Shown: positions 43,010 through 54,892 of the stretch, in pieces
How the letters are laid out: each line of letters opens with the position of its first letter
Position numbering within the stretch: position 1 is the first letter of the stretch
Source of the DNA: Gordius albopunctatus
Lineage: Eukaryota
Direction of reading: 5' to 3'
NCBI GenBank assembly: GCA_964276515.1
Contig: OZ193910.1
Span: 4,774,001-4,838,000, forward strand
DNA length: 64,000 nucleotides
Program-made: the position numbers and the translations under genes
The notes under the pieces: generated by a model
The model's database searches: none
What the model was told of the DNA's origin: nothing
What the model saw: only the letters and a program-made list of their open reading frames with translations

Positions 43010-45097
43010 ATGTACATATTAAATAATTTGTAATGAAGAATAAACTGTATTTAAAAATTACAAAGCCATTGTTTCATAAAGGCACTAATGAGGTAAAGGA
43101 GAACAATAAATATGTATTTAAAATCAAAGTATTTACTCGAGGCGATAATCCTTAAATGTTGACATCTGAATGATTTTTGTATTCTTAGTAGTTGAAGATT
43201 TTATAATTTAATTGGCTGCGATTTATTAAGCTACCCATATGATAATTGATTAAAAATCTTAAGCCTTTTAATAAAAAGCTCATGCTTATTTAAATTATAT
43301 AACCATCGCATGCAATTTGAAATTAAATAGGTTTGAATCCTTAAAATTTGCTAAGAAGCGGCCTGTTGCTTACATTCATTCAATTAAGATGACATATAAA
43401 GTCATAAGGCAATAAAATTATGCACTTAAGTTATTTCATAATTATTAAATATTTTTAGATTACTTAAATTAAAACAGGTGCAAATAGAGATTAGATTGAC
43501 TTAAAAGTTATGAATTTGCGGTCACCGAAATAAAGATTTATCAAATTAATCGATATATTTAATTTCTATTTAAATATACATTATAAAGTTTTGTATTTTT
43601 TATCAGCTCAAAAATAAAGCACGTGGTTTAATAGGCATTTTGCAGTCCATTATTGAGGAAATTAAAAGAAGAAGCGAAACATCCATTTTTATATAAAACA
43701 GAGGGCGAAAACGATTAAACTTTTCCACTAAGCCATTAACTCATGTGGTTTAGCAAGCAAGAGATCACCTGATATTATTAAGCGCGTAAACAATAACACG
43801 GGTCTACAAATATTGACTTTGTGATCCCATCCCGCAACCAGATCAATAATTCTGTTAAAAAATTTTGCGCTGATGTCTTTACTTTTTTTCCCTAAACTTT
43901 AAGTTTTTTAGATAAACTAATAGTGATGCGGAAAATCCGAGGAAAATCTCGAGACGAGACGAAACGTTAAAAAATTGGGTCGAAATCGAGACGAGAATTT
44001 CGACCTCGAGAAGAGACGATACGAGATTTTATCAGCGAGATCCCGGCTTCAAAATTTCTTAATTGATCATCATAATCAAAATATAGTAAATAGCAGAGAC
44101 CAGATTGCCCGGTCCGGCCTGCTGCTCAACGGGCCGTGTTGAGTCGGGCAACCGTCCTAAATTTTTATTTTCGAACGGGCCCGGGGCGGGCACGATGGTA
44201 GGATTCGGGCAATTCGGGCTTAATGAAATTTTTTAGTTAATGTCTTATTTTGTTACTTTTTTATTTGATTGTATATGAAAATGCTAAAAGAGTTACGAAA
44301 CTTGATTTCGCCATCCGCCCCTAAGTTATTTGTATAATTTTTGCCCAAACAACTCTATTTCCATCTAGTCCCTATCCCTAGCTACGTTCATGTCATGGGA
44401 AAGATTGAAATATTTATATTTATGTAGCCCTTTCATTATTCGTAATTCACGTGTGTCGTCTCTACATAATAGAAAAGAGCATAGCCCCAAATTGACACAA
44501 TGCATGCAAGTGTTAAATTTCATTCTAATCTGATATTATTTAATTTTTTAACAAATTTTATTTGGTTTAACAAAGCTTCCCCAATTCGCCTTCATTATTT
44601 CTTTATCACTCGTTGCTATCGCTAGGCTATTACTTATTTTTATAATAATAAATTTCTATACCTTTCTTTTTTTGCTTAAAATTAAAAAAAAATCCATAAA
44701 TTGCATTTGTATTCTATTGATAAATTATTTTTTTGTCAAAAAAGTAAGTTTTAAGGGCATAGGTTGACTAATTAAACAAATTTTATTGATTAAGAAGTTT
44801 ATTTATAGGGTAGGGGTTTGCCGGGTCAACCCAAAAGGCGAGTATAGTTTTGTTCATAGTAATATTATTTGTAAAATATATATACTTTAAACTTAATTAA
44901 AAAATTGCTCCATAAATATTTTCATGGACATCGGCTGGATTCAATTAATATTTTGCTGTTATATAATTTGGAAACGTTCTCACTGTTGAGTTTTCGGAAC
45001 CGAGGGAAGGGATGGGGGGGGGGCGGCAGGAGGGGAGTATACTTTCTATTTCGGGGCTTATAACCTTAGTATTTTCGGGGGGATGTGGCAAGGGGGT

Positions 45098-45911
45098 TAG
45101 AGGCCTGCAAATTCACTTTTTTTCAACCCGAACCCCACCGAAAGCGTTTTTAAATTTTCAACCAGAACCCGACCCGACCCGAAAGCGTTTTTTTTTAAAT
45201 ATAAATTTTGCTAATAAAATAAGTATAAAATATTAGATCCACATAATAATAAATAAAACTTACTTTTTTGTTGATTCATGAATATTTTGTTATATCTTTA
45301 TGTAGTTAAATTTATAATCTACTCTATAGACTATAAACAATAATAAATACTCATTTGTTAAGGTTTTACCTTTCGTGATTCAACTTTAAATTGAATATTT
45401 AATTATATCTTTATGTAGTTAAATTTATAATCTACTCTATAGACTATAAACAATAATAAATAATCATTTGTTAATATTTTACCTTTCGTGATTCAACTTT
45501 AAATTGAATATTTAATTATATCTTTATGTAGTTAAATTTATAATCTACTCTATAGACTATAAACAATAATAAATACTCATTTGTTAAGGTTTTACCTTTC
45601 GTGATTCAGCTTTAAATTTAAATTTGCCTCCAAATTAAACGAATTAAAAAATCGAAAAGAAAATTGATTCTATGAATGAATGAATATAATTAGTTATACA
45701 ATTCGATATTGTATAACTAAAATTATAGATAATAGCATTAATTTAACAAATACGTTTCGTTCATTTTGTAATGTAAGATTCATATCCTTTGACCCGACTC
45801 TATAAATCCAACCTGACCTGAAGGCATTCTAAAATTTTCAACCCGAACCCGACCCAAAAAATTTTAACCCTAAACCGACCTCGGGTTTCGGGTGACCCGT
45901 GCAGGCCTCTA
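45098..45911. mobile_element. hAT MITE (TAGAGGCCTGCA) with internal tandem repeat
   Basis: Perfect 12-bp TIR; CAAGGGG in both flanks; ACCCGA subterminal repeats. Confidence 0.8.
45291..45620 (+). repeat. 113-bp tandem repeat, about 3 copies
   Basis: TATATCTTTATGTAGTTAAA starts at 45291, 45404, 45517. Confidence 0.9.
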
Positions 45912-46141
45912 CAAGGGGACTTAATCAAGTTGAACTTTAGGAAATTTTCCTTCTCAAACTACGTTTTCCAAATACTTTATTGTTCCAAATATTGTACAGA
46001 ATTACGATGGATGATACTATAAGTTTCGAGATAGATATATAAACGGCGTTGCGGGGGAGAGACCTGAGGAGGGACGACAAATTATAACACCGATGAAGAC
46101 AATATTCTCGTTATCAGTCCAGACGACTATAAGGCCTGGGG

Positions 46142-47081
46142 TAGTGGTGATCAAAACCTAGGTTTTTACAACCCAAACCTTAGGTTTGGGTTAAGTTTGG
46201 AAAAGACCTTTAAGGTCTTTCAGATTCCCCAACCCAAACCTAGGGTGGAACCCCCAAAAAGACCTTAAAAACCTTAAGGTATTTTTTACACCCAAACCCT
46301 AACCCGGGATTGGGGTTAGGTTGACCTGGGGATGTTTTGTAGTATAGGGGTGAAATAAGAGTTTATTATTTTTTGATATGCATATATTTGTTTTTTAAGG
46401 AATAAATTATATTTTTGAATATTGTCGTATCCGGAGATACTCGTATATTTAAATATTCCCACCTTCCATGTCCTCTTATACAAAAGTTAAGGATTTCCCC
46501 CCCCCCCGGATGCCAGATGGTTGAGATTTATAATTTTAATCGTACCCTCGATCTCTAGATAAAAGAAAGTTGCACTCAATACACTGAACTCCTAGAACTC
46601 TATTACATTTAATTGTACTTACGTGTGTGTTACTTTTCCTTTCCCCATGCGCTTATACGTGTTGTTATTTATTTCCCCCCATATATAATTGTTGATCAAC
46701 ATGAACACGCATCATCGATTTTTATACACAACGTACTGTATCGAGAGTTGTTTGATTTTTCAAAAATTATTATATTTTTGTCTTAGTTTTAAGTATAATA
46801 AACATGTAGCATATATCTAGTTTCCCTTTTTGGGGAGGTCATCAGTTCTCCCACTATATTCCTGATTATCCTTCAAATCATTTTTAATCGTATTCTTAGG
46901 ACGTTTAGTTTGACATCTTAGGAATACGAAAAATATATTAATTTAAAATGAAGAGGAAATGTTCACCCCATGTTTGGGTTGGGGAAGCTAAAAGACCTTC
47001 AAGGTCTTTTTCCAACCTTAACCCAAAACCCACCTCGGATTTAACCTCGGGAAACCCCAACCTAGGTTTTGATCATCACTA
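46142..47081. mobile_element. hAT MITE with the same TIR family as 19084-21147
   Basis: TAGTGGTGATCAAAACCTAGG ... CCTAGGTTTTGATCATCACTA; TSD not recognisable. Confidence 0.75.
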
Positions 47082-49292
47082 ACTCTGCGGTCTATTTTTA
47101 GACAGGAATATTATCCGGGGAAATTTAGGACTAAAAATCCAGTTTCTGGTGAGTACTGATTTTCCCCGGGTTTTTATACACGTTTCTTTTTTGACTCTGT
47201 TTTTATTCTATAAACTTCTTTGCTTCTTTGACCTATTTTTCCGCCCCAACTTTTGATGGATGGCCCGCTTCCAAGGATTTTGGAATCTTCTGTTGACAGT
47301 TCTAGTTCTCCGCTAGATTTCTTTGGCGAATTCTTTATTTATAGCCTGTCAAATCCCAAGGTTTTGCTGTATCCTTGCTTTATTTCCCTACCAACCCAAC
47401 TTCAATAACTTTCTTCCGTCCTTAGCCTACTTTTTGGAGCCAATTATTGATCTAGGGCCCACTGTTTCCTCGTATCCCTGCGCATTCCTAATAAGTACCG
47501 GTTTCCTTATTTGGATCGTTGCATGTTACACCTAAGTATACAAGAAACTAACATGTTTGTACCTATATGCATTAGCAATTAATATATTAAAATATTATGA
47601 CCTAGAAGTTTTGCCAGTGATAGCAATATTTTAAAGAAACTCTGGCCAAATTTTTTAGAAAGATCGAATACTACGTTTTTTGACTTATTAGCATGGGCGT
47701 TTCCACCCCCCCCCCTAATTGAACTTTTGAACGTTTCGCCCCCCCCCCCCAATCCAAAACCTGGCTACGCCAATCCTTATTATGATTAAAATTAAAGATC
47801 AAAAGTTTCAGTTGGAAAAATCATTCGACTTTTAAATAATAATACGACATTAGATTTTGCTTGGTATAATAAAATATTCATATATTTGTTTTATTTAATA
47901 TGCCATTAATTTAATGCTTATTTTTTAATAGTAATTGAAAGAATTTGAGATCGCATAATTCCGGGCCTAACGGGCAAATTTAATATTCGAGGCCGGGCAG
48001 TTGGGCCGCTCTAATTATTTGGGGGAGCCCGGATAGATACTTAGAAGGGTTCGGGCGGGCTAGGGCGCGCAATGAAGTCAAAAAATTGAACCGGGCCAGG
48101 TTCGGGCATATAATCCCAAATAAAATTTAGCCTCTGGTAAATAGGCCCTTCGCGCCTAGATGGGGGCCGTTGGGGGCTACTCCCCCTCCCTTACCCCCCC
48201 CCCCCCACCCTTAGCCAAGCGCAGTGTCTGGTTCACATATCTTTTGTTTAAATTCTCATATATGGTTATTACTATTTTATACCACGTATAAAAAAAACAC
48301 ATTTTCTATGCAATTTATGCTCCAAACGAGAGGAGCATCGTGGAGAATTTAATATTGGAAAAGGGGAAGGTGTTGAGGTACTCAAAAAAGTAATAATAGG
48401 CTGAAAAAAATTATGTCCTAACCGAAATTTGAACTTATATCCTTAGAGGCAAAAGCCTTACGGTGAGACATGGGAAAGAAATTATGTAAGGGCATGACGA
48501 TTTAAATATGTTAATCGTTGCAGACGACATGCAATAGTTCCGCTATTGCCTGTACCGACTGCGCATCTCAAAAATTTTACAGGTGTTCAATAGAAAATTC
48601 TCGATTCACACTTTGGTCAATGGTCATTTTTTCTATTGGTCAGTAGCTAACGTTATTAACAAGACCAATATTTTATCAATGCAAAATTTAGGTTAATAAC
48701 ATAAGGCAATAAAATTTGCCCTCACCGACTTTCGAACTCATATTAGTGAAGGCAAAAGCCCCGAAAGGGGTAGGTATCTATCCAAGAGAAAATGAGGAGA
48801 GTAAGTGAAGGGACGGAAAGGTGTGTTAATAAATCGCGTACGCAGTGCGTACTCTGATGTATTCCGTTTTCCAACCACAGTGTAACGAATTTTAATAAGG
48901 GGAAGGGGTTCACGTGAACGCGAATTAATTTAAATTTAGTGGTGAAATAAAAAACTAAAATAATGGACCTATAGAAAACACTTTTATCCACAGGAAATGA
49001 ATATTTTTCAGTATAAATTAAAAATGACGTGGCAATATGGCCTCAAAAAATTAAAATTGTCATTTTCGGCATCTTCAACCTCGTTTATCTAAAAAATTGG
49101 AAGTTTTGGAAAAAATAAAACAGAATATTGTTAAGCGCAAATTTCTAAATATGAATTATAGGTCCAGATGTTTTTTTGTAGAGTTACTTAACGCATACCT
49201 AATTATTATGCGAGTAACAATAATGGTTGAGAAAGAGGGGGGGTGAGAGTTGTAATCTCTGTAAATGTAAAGCATTTACTACACCATACTCT

Positions 49293-49901
49293 TCAAACTT
49301 CCTTCAGCATGGTGTTGACCGATAGCGAGGTGTCGTCCAAAATTTCGTCTTCGACAATCATCAAGTGTTTATCGGAAGCGTGTTTGAATCTACGTATTGA
49401 AAACATAAATGTATCCTCGGAAAATGTAATTAGACTTGCATATACTTTCTAATTTCCGAGTCACCCACGATCGTTTTCTGGATAAATATTCCAATCGGTC
49501 TTTTAATATAATTACGTCATTTCCCGTTTTCTATAAGAGGAGGTGTAGGTAAGATGATTTTAAAACAACTATGAAAACTATGCTTTTAGATCGAAAGGCT
49601 AATCATCTATTGAAGATGTAACCACATAAGCCTCTTTCATTTTTAGACCCTCTTTCACTCTCCATTGGGTAGACGCAAAATACATTGGCCTTCAGTCAAA
49701 AAAATTATAAACTGACCGCAGACATTTCTAGCCACGTACCTTGAGGCCGATTCCTAAAATACTTAACAAGACATATTAATCAAAATATTTAAAAATTGAC
49801 GATATAATAAAAGCCATGCGGCGTACGCACCGCTTATCATAGTCACCGGAAATTTATAACTTTAAGCCGGGTAAGCTTGAACTCGCCTGCGATGTTATTA
49901 C
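49293..49901 (-). CDS. 3' exons of a candidate divergent Ras/Rab-like small GTPase
   Basis: Exons 49847-49901, 49717-49753, 49436-49530, 49293-49389 join by GT-AG in matching phase to xNNIAGEFKLTRLKVINFRNRPQGTWLEMSAKTGNDVIILKDRLEYLSRKRSWVTRKLESICKFKHASDKHLMIVEDEILDDTSLSVNTMLKEV*; G5-like EMSAKTG forms across a splice junction. Confidence 0.55.
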
Positions 49902-50628
49902 CTTTATAGTAGCACTTTATTCACATCTCTTAATAAAATTAGAACATTACATGGTACCTTTGTGAATATCTCATATTTTACAATTTGAATATATGATATC
50001 ACTGTATTCACACCTCCCATTATAATTTGAATGCACACCAGACATTATATTTTAGATATTTGAATTCCTTAAGATTTACCGATGTTATTCATATTAATCT
50101 CTATACAAGTGTATATGAACACGAATTCTTAAGGAAAAATATTCTTTCCATTTTTTGGTTAAATAAAATATGTTTTTAGCCTCTACTTAATCCATCCCTT
50201 GTCTAAAACGTTATATACAATAGCGTCCTGTTTCGTCGCTCATTATTAAACACCTAAAAAATAAATCGAGTAGCAATAATCTATATAGTGCATCCACAAC
50301 ACGAAGGAAACCATTTAAGCAAATAAATATCAAAGTCATTGGGTATTATAAAGGCAAAACATATCAATCATTATCTCACGATTTGTATATAGTAATGATA
50401 AAAATGGATAAATTTGTTGTTTATTTTAGCTTATATAAATTAAACACTTTTATCATGTTGCTATTAACAAACTTTTGAATCATATATTTAACTTTGCATC
50501 AGAAAATTTTTTTTTGATTGACAACGAATAATTCCACTATAATCAATACATTATAACATTTACGAAATTTTTTTATTCGATTTCCATGAAAATACATAAA
50601 GAAGATTTTATAAAAACACATTTATTAC

Positions 50629-53600
50629 GTAAATTGAAAGCAGACTATTGCATGCACAAGACAATTATTATAGACTTAAGAGTTCAATTCAACAATAACC
50701 TTCTCTTTTTACATATAAAAAACGGTATAACATATAATTTATATTATTATACGGCAAAATTACTCAATGTATTATTATGTCAATGTAAACAATTTACAAA
50801 AATATTATTAATCATACCAAAATCAGCTGGTTTTTGCATTGACCAATCATTTTATCGCTACCATATGATCCTTTTGTTTACAAATTTAAGTTTCTTAGTT
50901 TTTCCAAAATAAACAACAATTAAATATAAAGTTTAGGTCTCTCTAATTTTTTCTTGACATTTTTTCATCAATAAATTTGAGTATCAAATTAAAGTATACA
51001 TCGCTAATTTTAAATGATTAGAATGTAAAGCACCCGTTCGTTATTTTCAATGTCGACGCCACATCATTAATCGATATGCTTATAAATATTTGCCTCAAAC
51101 TAGTGCAAGTCGTTAAAAATTCTAGAGTTGTATATGGTTAATTTGGATGAAGTGTTTTATAAATTATATTTGTGACAACTTTTTATTAGGTTTTTCAACG
51201 AATAACCTTAGGTTTAGAAATTACTTCGTCGCAATCTCGCGTAATTCTGGCATCCTCTTCAGAATCTGAGATCGGTGGATCTACCCCGCCGCCGGCCAAA
51301 AAACAGCGCGTTTGCCCTGCAACTTCTTGTTCAGCAAACTTGTCAGGTTGCCTAAATATTTCTCATCAGCACACTGATACACAAACAAGTCCACCATCTG
51401 CCAAAAATATGCATCCAAATGGGTGCCTTGAGTCAAATGATAGGAAGTCTGAGGTAGAAAGTATAGCTGCTAAAAAAGATATTACTAATGGAGCTTCCAA
51501 AAATGGGTCGTGTGAAAGCCAAGTAACGAGATTTGTCACTTCCCACCCAAAGACACATATTAAATTTAAGCATAATCCTTTGTTGTGCCAGGGAGAAGAA
51601 CTTTGTTCTTGTTGTTGTTGCATCAAAAATCGCGATCAAATTTTCTCTGATCATGTTAAATACACTAATAAAGGCAGCTCTCACAGATGTCAGCAAAGTT
51701 TAAAATCTGGCACCAAGGTTTTGAGTGACCCTATGCAAAAAAGGAAGTGTTATCAGGATAGACTTAAATGTCATTATGGCAAGCAAGATAATGACTGTAA
51801 TAATAACTCATCCAAAAACATGCATGCACATTTAATTTCAAAACACAATTTAAATAGCAATTGCCCAGGACAGGTTTACTCCAAAAGCTCAAATGGACAT
51901 ACTTATTATCATAAAACTGGACATGATCAACGCAGTACCTTGGTAAATGATGATACATTAAAACCACTTGAAAACTTATCTAAACCTGATCATATTTTAA
52001 AAAATAAAACTGATTCTCCTAATCATTTTATTCATTCCAAACATCACCCTCATCGCAAATCATCCATCAACAATAAAAAGCATTATACAGCTTTGGAACC
52101 AGTCAAATTGCCCTTACATCCACGTCTTGTTTCACAATCTGACTATGAAATAGTTAGAATTATTGGTCAACACCTCAAGAATTTAGGACTCAGGTTATAA
52201 TTTATTTTTAAATGCAATTTTACATCAACTTATATACACTTAAGTGTTTATTTTTATTTAATATGAGTCATCAATAACTCGGCATTGCATCACTGATTTT
52301 ATTAGATTGTTATAAAAGCTGGCTACTTAAGGTTGTAATCTAATTTAAATTAATGTTATGAATGCACTATCATAGTTATAGGATGTGCCAATTTTTTTAA
52401 AAATGTTAGTAATTATTTGTTTCATTTATCATCAGTTGTTTGATTTAATTTATAACCAACCTTTTATAGCTAGTGTGAAATGCAAACTAATGTAAAATTT
52501 GTAGGTATTTGTAATTGCAATTATACAATTACTATTACATTTAAATTTTTTATCCAGTCATTTTCAATCAATTAACCAAATTAAACCCAAGGTCTGGTAA
52601 AGCTGTTAAGCTAATATTGCCTTGTCATTATTTGCCATTTGAGCTAGGATACAAATAAATAGCAACTTTTTATGTACTATTTATTTACTTATCAACCGTT
52701 TGGCTACATGATAGTATTAACTAAAAATAAATACCAAGAGTTTTATTAAGATCCCCAAGTATTTGTGCATCCTTGATATGATATAATATGACTTTTACAC
52801 GTATATCATCGCAGTATATAGTAAAAATATCGATTCTGAATCAAAAATTAAAAATTTAGCTAACACACGTTTGGTTGGTATGTAAAAGGAAGAATAAGGG
52901 ATTATTCATCTACTCTTATTCTTATGAAAGCGTTAATGGGTGCAGGAGGGGGTGGGTAGTGAAGAATAAAATTAGTTTTGTATCGACTTTACAATGTAAT
53001 AAACATCAAAGTCCATTGTTGTAACACTACTACTGTTGTTGTAGTGTAATGACTGTCTCCCGATCTTCTTTAGCCTTTGATATTGCTTTTGATCTTTAAC
53101 CGACTATAACCCATGTGCTTGCGCCCCCTCCCCCTCTCTTTCTCACTCCGGAGGGTGTCCGGGATCATATTGACCCCACATGCTCTCTGCCACCCCTTGG
53201 CTACGTCCATGTGTATGTACATTAGAGGTGTGCATGGATCATATTTTTTTGATCCGATCCGAGGGGTTTTTGAAAAATTTCATATCCATCCGATCCGATC
53301 CGAGTTTTTTAAAATCTAAATCCGATCCGAGTTTTGACGGATCGGATGTCGGATCGGATTGATCCGTGCACACCTCTAATGTACATCGAGATTTATGGAA
53401 AAAATTGAGATAAAAGTTAGTTATTGACATATTATAGGGTATAAAATCTACCATTTATAATAATACGCATCCACTGAAAGTCACATGAGTATCGCTTTAA
53501 GCAACACCATGAACTGAGTCGGTGATGGCGAGTTTAAAAAGAAAAATAGGCACTTTAAGAGTGAATATGATTAGTTATAAACTCTTACGATTTTTTTCGC

Positions 53601-54892
53601 TAAATTTGTACCTTATTTTATTTTTCAAAGGGTTAATTTTCATGGGCCTAGCTAGCTGGGATTAAAGGGGGGGCAATAATGATTAGGGGAGGGGCAAAAT
53701 GATCATATTTAGAAATTTTAGCCATAATTTTGATGACCCCCTCTTGGCTACTCCCATGTTAGTTTTTTATGCGTTAAATGCACATATAACCCTCAAACTG
53801 AATTGTGGTTGCCACGTACAACAACGATTAGTAGTTATCCGGTCGTGTTTTATAATGTTGTGGGGTGCCGTTGTTAAACGGATTGCCTTTTTGCGAACCT
53901 TTTAAGCGGGATGTTTTTAGTTTTCAACGGAGCATGGGTGGGCATCATCTTTCACAAAATTACACCTCCTTCCTTTATGGCTCGTTTTATCGATCGGACC
54001 AATGGCTAGGGTCTTTGGCATTAGCTAGAGTCCCGTAATGTCCATACATTCACTACGGGCTCGAACCCTTCACCGTTTGACTCGATTCAGAAACTACCCT
54101 AACCAATTCCTACCGAAAGCCCAAAAATTTTAAACTAAACTATACCGTTAAATGTTGTAAAAGACTTGAACCGAATTCAAATATGATAACTACGAGAAGC
54201 AATGGTCGATCGATAGGACGGTTTTAATAGAGCGCAGATTTTTTAGTCATAAGTTTCCATGGGCGTAGCCAGGGGGTGGCAGGGAGGAACGGTTGCCCCC
54301 CCCCAAATCAATCCTGGCTACGCCATGTGAGTTTTTATCTAAGACTAACGGTCGACTCTGGTCTATTTTTCAAATTTATACCAAGCCTAGAGGTCGACTG
54401 ATAAAAACAGACCAGGCCTTTGGCTTGTTTATGTTTCGTCGACCAAACCAAACCCAGACCTTTTCACAACACTAGCTGGTTGCTCGTTTAAGCCGAAGAA
54501 CAAGCGCGCTCGGTATCATTACCACATTTTGAGAACGTCGTCGTTCGTTCGTTTTTCCATTTATTAACGATCGAAGGAAAAAACGACGGGGGGGAGGGAA
54601 GAGAGGAGAGAGAAAAATCAAGGTCAATAACGCTATCCGATTGCATCACCCCTCCTCCCTCTCCCCACCCGCAGTCAAATATATTATGGGATTTGAGAGG
54701 TTGGAATCCAAATCAATTATTATTTATTGGCTTAGGTTGTTTAAATTTATCATTATGGGGAGCTAGAGCTCCGATAGGGGAAAGGGGTTTTATAAATTTA
54801 AATTTCCTGCGATTTTTGGCTTGCTCGCGTCCCCGGGTTCTTGGCTCACCATTCGCCAAACTACGCACAAACTTGGTCAGCATGTTGTGCAT
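50629..54892 (-). CDS. Tentative 5' exons of the same GTPase-like gene
   Basis: 54850-54892 [14 protein letters not shown]; 53552 down to about 53505 [16 protein letters not shown]; 53103 down ..SSVTTMDFD..; 52735-52835 [33 protein letters not shown]; 50629-50674 VYNNCLVHAIVCFQF. Several junctions unresolved. Confidence 0.3.

Larger units (their letters stand above)
44094..48136. mobile_element. hAT non-autonomous element enlarged by nested insertions
   Basis: Imperfect TIR CAGAGACCAGATT/AATTTAGCCTCTG; perfect 8-bp TSD GTAAATAG (44086-44093, 48137-48144); CGGGC subterminal repeats at both ends. Confidence 0.75.

Noticed and set aside
44957..47530. Solo LTR (TGT...ACA)
   Set aside because: No matching TSD or PBS found; mentioned only as a possibility
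50586..50912. 108-aa + strand ORF upstream of WDR26
   Set aside because: AT-rich composition and no recognisable domain; it overlaps candidate - strand exons
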